Shown: in pieces, positions 14,304-20,768 of the stretch
How the letters are laid out: every line of letters starts with the position of its first letter
Position numbering within the stretch: the stretch's first letter is position 1
Translations under genes and position numbers: made by a program
Notes under the pieces: generated by a model
Told to the model about the DNA's origin: nothing
The model's database searches: none
What the model saw: only the letters and a program-made list of their open reading frames with translations
Source of the DNA: a virus
Strand: one strand, 5' to 3'
Virus record (IMG/VR): IMGVR_UViG_3300025874_000002
Length of the DNA: 33,702 nt

Positions 14304-14697
14304 CTCTCACTCCCATGGCTCGGCAAGCCTCGCCCAGTATTTAATAAATGTTTCTTTATATTTACTTTTTTTCTCATTATTTGCAAGACGATATAACCCT
14401 TTCTACTTAGCAAAGTAGATTTTTGAATCTGAGGGCAAAGCGACTCAGTGACTAATTTGTGCTCGTATTTAGAATCACGCCATCCTGGCCGTCGTTATTT
14501 CCTGCTCGGCAGTCAAACCGATTAGGAGGTGCTATCAGAGGGGTCACTCTCGATCATGGGTTATTAATTCCCACGCCACACACCCGAACACTTGAGAGAA
14601 AAAGAAAGGGAGACCTAGTGTACTGTATCGGACAGTATGGTAAACTTGCCTTTCTTGTTCTTCGCACAACAAGTATAAGCCTTTCCCCGGCTTACTG
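14304..14697. other. ORF-free, hairpin-rich spacer with an AT-rich segment
   Basis: No credible ORF on either strand. AT-rich stretch at 14335-14400. Hairpins at 14404-14419 (ctactt/aagtag), 14430-14449 (ctgag/ctcag), 14621-14637 (tactgt/acagta) and 14678-14694 (aagcc/ggctt). Confidence 0.6.
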
Positions 14698-14726
14698 TAA
14701 AGCCCCCGCAATGGGGGTTTTATTTT
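14698..14726 (+). terminator. Hairpin plus T tract. Strong in the plus orientation, weak in the minus.
   Basis: Plus strand: aaaGCCCCCgcaatGGGGGttttatttt. On the minus strand the tail is only CTTTAC. Confidence 0.5.
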
Positions 14727-14928
14727 ATTCTCCTTTTAGCTGGCAAAACTGATCCAGCGTCAAGTCAAATATCTTGCACAATCCCTGCACAGTGTGCAGC
14801 TTCATGTTTTCCTGCTTACGCCATTGAAACACTCTTTGGCGGCTTACGTTCATTAAAGTTGCCAGGCGGCTAGAATTGATGTTGTTTAGCTCCTGGGCGG
14901 TTATTAAGCACTGTCCTGCATTAGTCAT
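14725..14928 (-). CDS. XRE/Cro-type helix-turn-helix regulator, 67 aa
   Basis: ITAQELNNINSSRLATLMNVSRQRVFQWRKQENMKLHTVQGLCKIFDLTLDQF fits the XRE HTH pattern. Confidence 0.8.
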   Translation of the reverse strand: MTNAGQCLITAQELNNINSSRLATLMNVSRQRVFQWRKQENMKLHTVQGLCKIFDLTLDQFCQLKGE

Positions 14929-14999
14929 AATCAGTATTCCTGTGTTATCCTTGGGACGCAGGGCTGTTCCCCCGGTCCTGCATTCTCCTATGGTAGTTT

Positions 15000-15036
15000 G
15001 CCCCCTGAAAGCACTTGTGCCGTAAGGGGGCTTTTT
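15000..15036 (+). terminator. Hairpin plus T6 tract, oriented for the plus strand only
   Basis: Plus strand: GCCCCCT-gaaagcacttgtgccgta-AGGGGGC-TTTTTT. On the minus strand the hairpin is followed by AAACTACC. Confidence 0.45.
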
Positions 15037-15039
15037 TAC

Positions 15040-15336
15040 CTAGAACGGGATGTCTTCATCGAGCTGTTCAATGCTCATATCGGCCTGCTTTGCAGGTGCT
15101 GCTGCCTGGCCGTCAGTGTAAATCACCTTCACATTACCCAAGATTGGCGTCTGAACCTTAGCGTCGCGCTCTTCTTTGGTGACCGATTGAGATATAAATC
15201 CATTGTTCTCGTACTGGTCTTGCTGATCGGTATCCACAAACGTAGTCAGGTCCAGGTATGTACCCTTGGCTCCCTTGTACAGTCGTGACTTGTCGATCTT
15301 TGTCACATCGATTCTTACAGATAATCCTACTTTCAT
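15040..15336 (-). CDS. 98-aa protein ending in an SSB-type acidic tip (DEDIPF). Miniature SSB-like candidate.
   Basis: The C-terminus ...MSIEQLDEDIPF copies the bacterial SSB tip (DDDIPF). It is preceded by an Ala/Pro/Gln linker (GQAAAPAKQ). ATGA-coupled to the exonuclease gene. Confidence 0.6.
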   Translation of the reverse strand: MKVGLSVRIDVTKIDKSRLYKGAKGTYLDLTTFVDTDQQDQYENNGFISQSVTKEERDAKVQTPILGNVKVIYTDGQAAAPAKQADMSIEQLDEDIPF

Positions 15337-15932
15337 TTTAACTTCTCCACTTGGTTTAAAATTTCCGCCACGGCCTTATCGACCTCGGCAGACAGTTTTG
15401 CGATATAGTCGTCATCGCGTTCTACGCGCACTAGAACGTGCGGCATTTCTGGATGGTAGGCAAAAAAGTCCCACCAATCACGTTTGGTAATCCACATGCA
15501 ACCTTGGATTTGCTGCCAGTATTTCTTAACACCAACCTGAGGGTCTCTGAGATAGCTGACCATAGTCTTAGGCGCAGGACATTTAATCTCTAGCCCTCCC
15601 TGGTCGCCTATCAGGCCGTCAGGCGAGCAACCAAAATCCCAGCTAGTGTCGAGAATAAAGCCAGTTTCAATAACATCATTACCAGAGATAAACTCATACG
15701 CCTCCCTGGCTTCTGGCTCTAACGCAGTGCCGCGCTCCATCCACTCGGTAACGTGGAACGGCTCAGATTGCCCTGTAAGGCGTTCTGCAATCAATTCATT
15801 GATGTACCCATCAGCAGAGGTGCTTGGCTTTCCAGTTAGCGTTATTATCTTGGAAAACATGCTAGCAGAGGGCTTACCCAGTCGTGCGGCAAGCCACTCT
15901 GGTGAACCCTGCTCATGGTCCAGGATGATCAC
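15333..15932 (-). CDS. YqaJ-type (lambda Exo-like, PD-(D/E)XK) recombination exonuclease
   Basis: GSPEWLAARLGKPSASMFSKI... and GLEIKCP match YqaJ motifs. GTG start in a GTGA overlap with the erf stop. Confidence 0.85.
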   Translation of the reverse strand: MIILDHEQGSPEWLAARLGKPSASMFSKIITLTGKPSTSADGYINELIAERLTGQSEPFHVTEWMERGTALEPEAREAYEFISGNDVIETGFILDTSWDFGCSPDGLIGDQGGLEIKCPAPKTMVSYLRDPQVGVKKYWQQIQGCMWITKRDWWDFFAYHPEMPHVLVRVERDDDYIAKLSAEVDKAVAEILNQVEKLK

Positions 15933-16492
15933 TTTTTAGCCTCTAGAGCGGCAACAGCGCGGTCATAGTGTACAGCTAGTATCTGATCAACAGATCGCAC
16001 CTTCAGCCACTTGCAAAACTTATCACTGTCGGCACCAGTCTCATCAAGTAATTTCTTGATGGCGATGATCTGATCGTCAGAGACAACCTTCTTATCATCA
16101 CCCCGTAGCATTGCAGATTCTGCATCATCGTCTGCAGTTGGGATGCCAGCGATAGACTGCAGGGCGTACCGTCTTGCGTAGGTGATAGCTGAACCTGAAG
16201 CCTGGGGGTCTTTCTTAACAGTTGGCAGGGTGTATTCCATCTCCAGCCACTGACCCGATATGTGCATCAGGCGGGTAGATACACCGACACCATTTTCGTT
16301 ACTAACTGGGAATTGCGTATAACTTAGGCCATTATCGGCAAACGGTTGCTTGATCGCTTTAATGACCGAGGTTAGATCGGCATAGCTTGATTTAAAGAAA
16401 GGATTGGCACTGTCTTTAACAGCACCGCCCATCTGAGATTGTGCAGCACATAGTGCGCTGGCTAGTTCATTGATTGATTCACTTGATTTCAT
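15929..16492 (-). CDS. erf: ERF-family single-strand annealing protein
   Basis: ANPFFKSSYADLTSVIKAI...LSYTQ...STRLMHISGQW...ASGSAITYARRYALQSIAGIPTADDD matches the ERF signature. Confidence 0.9.
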   Translation of the reverse strand: MKSSESINELASALCAAQSQMGGAVKDSANPFFKSSYADLTSVIKAIKQPFADNGLSYTQFPVSNENGVGVSTRLMHISGQWLEMEYTLPTVKKDPQASGSAITYARRYALQSIAGIPTADDDAESAMLRGDDKKVVSDDQIIAIKKLLDETGADSDKFCKWLKVRSVDQILAVHYDRAVAALEAKK

Positions 16493-16501
16493 GTTGACCT
16501 C

Positions 16502-16714
16502 CTACAGTCTCCAAAGTCTATATCCGTTCATTTGCTTTCTAGTTGTTGAATTAATTCCAAGCCCCTGCATCGTCGCATAAAACGACTGACACTTGCTAAA
16601 TGACTTAAAAAAGATTGAATCTCCAGATTCCATTTTCAATGCAACCTTTTGATTTTCTCCGCACCCTTTACTGCTTTTGTGCGGAACTAACTCGACACCT
16701 CTTTCAATTTCCAC
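16502..16714 (-). CDS. Hypothetical protein, 70 aa
   Basis: The track start at 16720 is a GTG inside the AGGAGG RBS. The GTG at 16714, 5 nt after the RBS, is preferred. C-terminus ...RKQMNGYRLWRL. Confidence 0.6.
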   Translation of the reverse strand: MEIERGVELVPHKSSKGCGENQKVALKMESGDSIFFKSFSKCQSFYATMQGLGINSTTRKQMNGYRLWRL

Positions 16715-16724
16715 TTGCACCTCC

Positions 16725-17063
16725 TTAGGAATTTTCTTCGGGGAGCTTATAAAGCGACCACAAATGCTGCGCTTTTTCTTGCTCGAATCTATTCTTTAGC
16801 GGCACTGGTGGACGCATACAGCCAACCATGTAGCCTTTGCCATATAGCCTTCTGTTTGCCGCCGTGGCCTCTTGGGATATGTTGACTATGGCGCAAGAAC
16901 GGTTCACGTTCACTGATGGTGAATGCGGGTTATTGGCTAGGTATTCAACTAGTCTTGCCAGAGCGGGTCGCCCTGCTGGTAGGATGCCCACTAGCGCCTC
17001 TTTCTCTGATGGCTCAAGTGCTGCTATTGTCATGTGCCCTGTTGCTGGTGTTGCTTGATTCAT
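16725..17063 (-). CDS. Hypothetical protein, 112 aa
   Basis: ATG start in an ATGA overlap with the upstream ORF. GTAGGAGGT RBS. No motif recognised. Confidence 0.7.
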   Translation of the reverse strand: MNQATPATGHMTIAALEPSEKEALVGILPAGRPALARLVEYLANNPHSPSVNVNRSCAIVNISQEATAANRRLYGKGYMVGCMRPPVPLKNRFEQEKAQHLWSLYKLPEENS

Positions 17064-17206
17064 TTTTGACCTCCTACAGTCATTTCTTTTGCGTACTGCT
17101 CACCATAACCTGCATAGTAAGCCTCTGATTGCCCTTCCAGGGCCTGATAACCTACAACGCAGTCGTACTCACCGCGCTCCAGATCGTTTAGATCGTTTAT
17201 TCCCAT
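17060..17206 (-). CDS. Hypothetical 48-aa protein
   Basis: Hand-translated codon by codon: MGINDLNDLERGEYDCVVGYQALEGQSEAYYAGYGEQYAKEMTVGGQK. CTGTAGGAGG RBS. ATGA overlap downstream. Confidence 0.55.
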   Translation of the reverse strand: MGINDLNDLERGEYDCVVGYQALEGQSEAYYAGYGEQYAKEMTVGGQK

Positions 17207-17226
17207 AATTGCCTCCTACAGCAAAT

Positions 17227-17240
17227 GCCCTCGAAAGGGC
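17227..17240 (-). other. GC hairpin with UUCG tetraloop, no U tract, after the first gene of the P1 unit
   Basis: Minus strand: TGATTTAACC-GCCCT-TTCG-AGGGC-atttgctgtaggagg. Confidence 0.6.
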
Positions 17241-17247
17241 GGTTAAA

Positions 17248-17478
17248 TCAGCTATACATTACTTTTTGCACTGACTGTCGGATTCCTTCCCATCCAGTTT
17301 GAGCAATTCTTATTGCTGTCGCAGCTTGAGCTTTAGTAGCCTTAACCCCAAACTCATCTGCTGCAAACTCACAAGCCTCTTCAAAGGCTCGCTTCCAGCA
17401 ACAGCTAAACTCGTATGAAGTAAGAGCTGCTTCAGCCATTTGCTGGATTTCCCACTGTGATAAATAAGATGCTTTCAT
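17248..17478 (-). CDS. Hypothetical protein, 76 aa (first gene of the P1 early unit)
   Basis: ATG preceded by AAAGG in the conserved leader. No motif recognised. Confidence 0.75.
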   Translation of the reverse strand: MKASYLSQWEIQQMAEAALTSYEFSCCWKRAFEEACEFAADEFGVKATKAQAATAIRIAQTGWEGIRQSVQKVMYS

Positions 17479-17510
17479 TTTGTTGCCCTTTCTTTATTGA
17501 TTGAGGTGCC

Positions 17511-17539
17511 ATTGTAAAGCTTTACGACTACTCCGTCAA
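17511..17539 (-). promoter_or_regulatory. Promoter P1 (TTGACG-N17-TACAAT) with a CACCTCAATCAA box
   Basis: Minus strand: TTGACGgagtagtcgtaaagcttTACAATggCACCTCAATCAATAAAGAAAGG. Confidence 0.75.
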
Positions 17540-17560
17540 CACTTTCAGTAACAAACAGGC

Positions 17561-17587
17561 AAAAAAAAGCCCCGCACTAGGCAGGGC
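17561..17587 (-). terminator. Intrinsic terminator closing the late block
   Basis: Minus strand: GCCCTGC-CTAGT-GCGGGGC followed by TTTTTTTT, 17 nt after the endolysin stop. Confidence 0.8.
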
Positions 17588-17604
17588 ATGTTCTACGTGG
17601 AACC

Positions 17605-17949
17605 TCAGTATGACCAGATAACAGGCATTGAGTCCCTTATGTCTACATGGATAAACGTCTTGGCGACCCCTATGCCATTAAACCCCATCTCCTGGGCGTG
17701 CTTAATGATCTGGTATGCCTCGTTGCCATTGTTGATCTTAATGTCTGCGGCAATTCCGCGTGCGTGGGTGCCTGGCTTGGCCTTCGCTTTTTCAATGCTG
17801 TGGCCTTCTGGATCGCGGTAGCCACTGGTAATGATAAACGGGAACCCGCAAGCATGGCGCAGCGAGTCAAGAGCCCACAGGAACTCATCAGACATCTCGT
17901 TGTTGCCGGTCTCCTGGCAATCAAAGTCTGACAGCTTAAAATAGCGCAT
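17605..17949 (-). CDS. Peptidase M15-family endolysin (zinc D-Ala-D-Ala / L-Ala-D-Glu peptidase type)
   Basis: ITSGYRDPEGH...GTHARGIAADI...FIHVDIR gives the H-D-H zinc ligand pattern of M15. Confidence 0.85.
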   Translation of the reverse strand: MRYFKLSDFDCQETGNNEMSDEFLWALDSLRHACGFPFIITSGYRDPEGHSIEKAKAKPGTHARGIAADIKINNGNEAYQIIKHAQEMGFNGIGVAKTFIHVDIRDSMPVIWSY

Positions 17950-18233
17950 CAGTATGTTCCTTTCCAGACCCTAAACTTGTCAAAGTCGCCAGACAGCATC
18001 TTGCGCTTAATAACGTCCTTTTTGGCCTCGTTATCATCCCAGGATAGCCCAGCTTCCTTCATCCACTCTGCGACAATGTGCATAGGGATAGTGCCTACCA
18101 GGCGGCTCTCACCAGTCTGGCCTACACCTGCCTCACGCAGCATCCTAGCCTTCTCAATATGGACATCGTTGTCATACGTCTTCTGTACGATGATCCCGGA
18201 GTCGGTAGCTTTTACAGATTCCTTGAGTAACAT
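17949..18233 (-). CDS. Hypothetical protein, 94 aa
   Basis: ATG in a TAATG overlap upstream and a TGATG overlap downstream. Globular composition. Confidence 0.7.
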   Translation of the reverse strand: MLLKESVKATDSGIIVQKTYDNDVHIEKARMLREAGVGQTGESRLVGTIPMHIVAEWMKEAGLSWDDNEAKKDVIKRKMLSGDFDKFRVWKGTY

Positions 18234-18352
18234 TACTTCTTGCCTCTCTTCTTAACTGGAGCCTTCTTCTTTTTAGCGGCTGACTTGGCTTTCGCTGCAG
18301 CGGCCATACCTGACTTTGTGTATGCGTACTTCTTACCGTTGACCATTGGCAT
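18233..18352 (-). CDS. Lys-rich micro-protein, 39 aa
   Basis: Hand-translated: MPMVNGKKYAYTKSGMAAAAKAKSAAKKKKAPVKKRGKK. TAATG overlap with the next gene. Confidence 0.55.
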   Translation of the reverse strand: MPMVNGKKYAYTKSGMAAAAKAKSAAKKKKAPVKKRGKK

Positions 18353-18354
18353 AT

Positions 18355-18510
18355 CTATTTCCTCTTTGCAGTTTTAGCGGCCTTCTTAAAAGCCGCCTTG
18401 GTTGGCGCACCTTTTGTACCAGGCTTGCGCATCTTCTCTACCTTCTTGCCGGCAGCCTTCTGTTTCTTAATGCGAGCTCGCTTCTTATGAATGTTGGCGT
18501 ATAAACTCAT
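18355..18510 (-). CDS. Lys-rich micro-protein, 51 aa
   Basis: Hand-translated: MSLYANIHKKRARIKKQKAAGKKVEKMRKPGTKGAPTKAAFKKAAKTAKRK. GAGGAAG RBS. Confidence 0.6.
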   Translation of the reverse strand: MSLYANIHKKRARIKKQKAAGKKVEKMRKPGTKGAPTKAAFKKAAKTAKRK

Positions 18511-18511
18511 A

Positions 18512-18766
18512 TCACTTCCTCGACTTAGCCCCAGAGCACTTCCATCTCTTGCGGCTTAAATTATTGGGGGTGTTGGGGTCGTTCTGCTTAGATTTGGGCA
18601 GACCCTTTTTGATGCCTAGAGACCTGGCGCAATAACTATCACCCTTGCTAGTTCCAGGCTTTACCCTAGCGCCGCCTGACTTGGCCTTACCTGCCTGGCC
18701 GTAGGATACCTTCTTGCCAGATGCGGTTACTTTTACTTTCGCTTTGCCTTTTGCTGGCTTTGCCAT
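18512..18766 (-). CDS. Basic small protein, 84 aa
   Basis: The track start is TTG inside the terminator tail. The ATG at 18766 (MAKPAKGKAKVKV...) follows a GGAG RBS. Cys pair in ...DSYCARS...RKRWKC. Confidence 0.7.
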   Translation of the reverse strand: MAKPAKGKAKVKVTASGKKVSYGQAGKAKSGGARVKPGTSKGDSYCARSLGIKKGLPKSKQNDPNTPNNLSRKRWKCSGAKSRK

Positions 18767-18776
18767 AAAAATCTCC

Positions 18777-18800
18777 AAAAAAAGGGGGCCGGAGCCCCCC
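18777..18800 (-). terminator. Intrinsic terminator/attenuator directly after the major capsid gene
   Basis: Minus strand: GGGGGC-TCCG-GCCCCC followed by TTTTTTT. It begins 17 nt after the capsid stop. Confidence 0.8.
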
Positions 18801-18816
18801 TTCTGTACTACATCGA

Positions 18817-19773
18817 TTAGGAAGTCGTGTTATCAGCAATGATACCAGACGCCTTCTCGTTTTTACAAATAAGAGTCAGCTCAGTCAGAACCTGACGACG
18901 GCTTGAGTCGCCAGTCTTGGCCAGAGCAGTATTCTTAGTAGGACGGAGCATACCAACTGCCCACATGTCGTTCTGCATGATGAACACGTCACGGCTACGG
19001 TTCTCACGAGTAGGAACAAACTCAACAGTTCCCCAAGGAGTAACGTATACAGCCAGAGACTTAACAACTTTCTCGTCACCGGCCTGGACCTGTGAACGCT
19101 GGTTGTTGTTACCTGCAAAGCCCAGAGCAACATTCATCTGGAAAGCAGACAGGTAAACTGAGTCAGGCTTGCCGCCCTCTGCCCAGATGCTCTGCATAGT
19201 AGCGTCGAAACGCGCCTGAGAGAATGCAACTGGAGTGCCGTCATCGGTACGAGCGTCAGTGCCGTCGCCGGTGGGATCAGCGCCAGAGTTGCCAGTTTCG
19301 TTAGTAGAGTTAGTTACCAACCAAGCTGGAGCACCAGCAAGCTCACGAGCAGTAGTGCTGTTACCAGCAACGCGAGCGTTGTTAGCGAACAGAGCTGCTT
19401 CGATGTCGAGCTTCTGCTCTTTTGCGATCTTCAGGGTCTGGTACGCCATTTCTGCTGCGCGGCCTGCCTTCTTAACGCCTTCATCAGTGTCAGGAATAGA
19501 CACAGAATTTTTGAAGATTTGGGTGTAGTTACCCAGGCGAGTAGTAGCAGAACGGGCTTCAGAAGTAGTGTCGTCGCCTTCGATGTGCTTGTTGTCAGCG
19601 CTTGAACGGAGAGTATCAGTCTGCCACTCGTGCAGAGTGTTGCTGGCTTTTACTTTCTTACAAGCTGAGTAGAAAGGAGTCTCTTCAGGGCTGATTGAAT
19701 ATATAACGTCCTGCAGATCTTCCCGGATGCCTACGCTATCGTAGGTGTCAAAAGTGTTTGATGGCTGTGCCAT
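18817..19773 (-). CDS. Major capsid protein (HK97-fold, DUF5309/SU10-type family)
   Basis: TFDTYDSVGIREDLQDVIYSISPEETPFYS...LHEWQTDTL...NYTQIF...LAKTGDSSRRQVLTELTLICKNEKASG matches the family signature. Follows the scaffold gene. Confidence 0.9.
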   Translation of the reverse strand: MAQPSNTFDTYDSVGIREDLQDVIYSISPEETPFYSACKKVKASNTLHEWQTDTLRSSADNKHIEGDDTTSEARSATTRLGNYTQIFKNSVSIPDTDEGVKKAGRAAEMAYQTLKIAKEQKLDIEAALFANNARVAGNSTTARELAGAPAWLVTNSTNETGNSGADPTGDGTDARTDDGTPVAFSQARFDATMQSIWAEGGKPDSVYLSAFQMNVALGFAGNNNQRSQVQAGDEKVVKSLAVYVTPWGTVEFVPTRENRSRDVFIMQNDMWAVGMLRPTKNTALAKTGDSSRRQVLTELTLICKNEKASGIIADNTTS

Positions 19774-19784
19774 GATGTATTACC

Positions 19785-20768
19785 TCAAGTATTTAAGATT
19801 AATCCAAGAGCATCATCGATACTCCCGGTGGATTTAAGTTTTGTTCGTCGCTTTTCCAGCGCCTTCTTCTTGCTCGGTGTAGGTTTAGACCCAGCCTTCA
19901 CTGTCCGCGATCTGCGGTTTGCAGGGTTGGCTTTGTCTTCAGCAGCTTTCTTCCCATTCATAATTTCACGGTACTTCATGGCATCATGCAATACTCTGAT
20001 TGCGCGGTGGTCCATGATCTGACCGATCTCTTCTGGCTGATATCCATAAACCTCGGAACCAATAGTCAGCATCTTTTCGCGTACTGCGGATGCCTTCTTA
20101 TCGTCCGAAAACTCTGGAATCTGCTGTTTCAGGGTTTCCATTTCTTGCTGGAGGTAAGCCTGCATAGCGGCCTGCTGCGCCTGGGACTGTTGTTGTGACA
20201 CAGCCTCAAACTGTTGCATCTGACCGTTATATGCGGCCACGTCGTCATCGTATTTCAGCTTGGCATCCATGTACCCAATAGGGTCGGTGTCAAACAATTC
20301 ACGCGATGGCGGCTGTGGCGCTTGCTGAACTCCACCAGCTTGTATCTGCTGATACATCTGAGCAATGTTCTGGCGCTCGTTTAAAAGGGCATTGTAAACC
20401 TCTTCGGCCTGCTTACGCTGCGCTGCAGCTTCTTGCATACCCCTTTGGACGTACTTCTGACCACTGTATCCTTGCTTGAGCTCATCTAGGGTTACAGCCA
20501 CTTCCTGTCCGTCTACCTTAACAGTGAATGACTGGCCCTCCTGGGCGGCATCTTCAGTATCTTCGTCGTCCTCGGAATCTTCCGTTTCCTCATCTGACTC
20601 ATCCTCATCGGATTCATCGTCAGGTTGCTCATCTTCACTCTCACCTTCAGGCTCGCTTTCAAGCAGCTCTTCTTGCTCTTCTGCAGGCTCATCCTGTTCG
20701 ATAATGTTAGCAATGGCTCCCTCAATAGAGCCGTCAAATTCTACTACTTCGGTATCAGTCGTTTCCAC
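19785..20768 (-). CDS. Scaffolding protein (extremely acidic N-terminal third, Gln-rich coiled-coil centre)
   Basis: Positioned between portal and capsid. GTG start 8 nt after AGAGGA. Composition is typical of scaffolds. The function is inferred from position. Confidence 0.7.
   Translation of the reverse strand: METTDTEVVEFDGSIEGAIANIIEQDEPAEEQEELLESEPEGESEDEQPDDESDEDESDEETEDSEDDEDTEDAAQEGQSFTVKVDGQEVAVTLDELKQGYSGQKYVQRGMQEAAAQRKQAEEVYNALLNERQNIAQMYQQIQAGGVQQAPQPPSRELFDTDPIGYMDAKLKYDDDVAAYNGQMQQFEAVSQQQSQAQQAAMQAYLQQEMETLKQQIPEFSDDKKASAVREKMLTIGSEVYGYQPEEIGQIMDHRAIRVLHDAMKYREIMNGKKAAEDKANPANRRSRTVKAGSKPTPSKKKALEKRRTKLKSTGSIDDALGLILNT

Noticed and set aside
14557-14573. tRNA T-arm-like sequence, tgggttattaattccca
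   Set aside because: The stem is only 4 bp, with a 9-nt loop instead of the 5-bp/7-nt TPsiC arm. No acceptor, D or anticodon arms can be drawn around it. No other tRNA-like sequence was seen.
14459-14752. 97-aa plus-strand ORF in the non-coding region
   Set aside because: The listed start at 14459 is a TTG codon (the track shows it as M). The composition is junk-like. It reads straight through two hairpins and a T tract and into the HTH gene antisense.
14725-14928. The XRE-type HTH as evidence for a lysogeny module
   Set aside because: No integrase, excisionase, divergent cro-like partner or attP-like repeat is visible. A lone small HTH is equally compatible with a lytic-cycle regulator.
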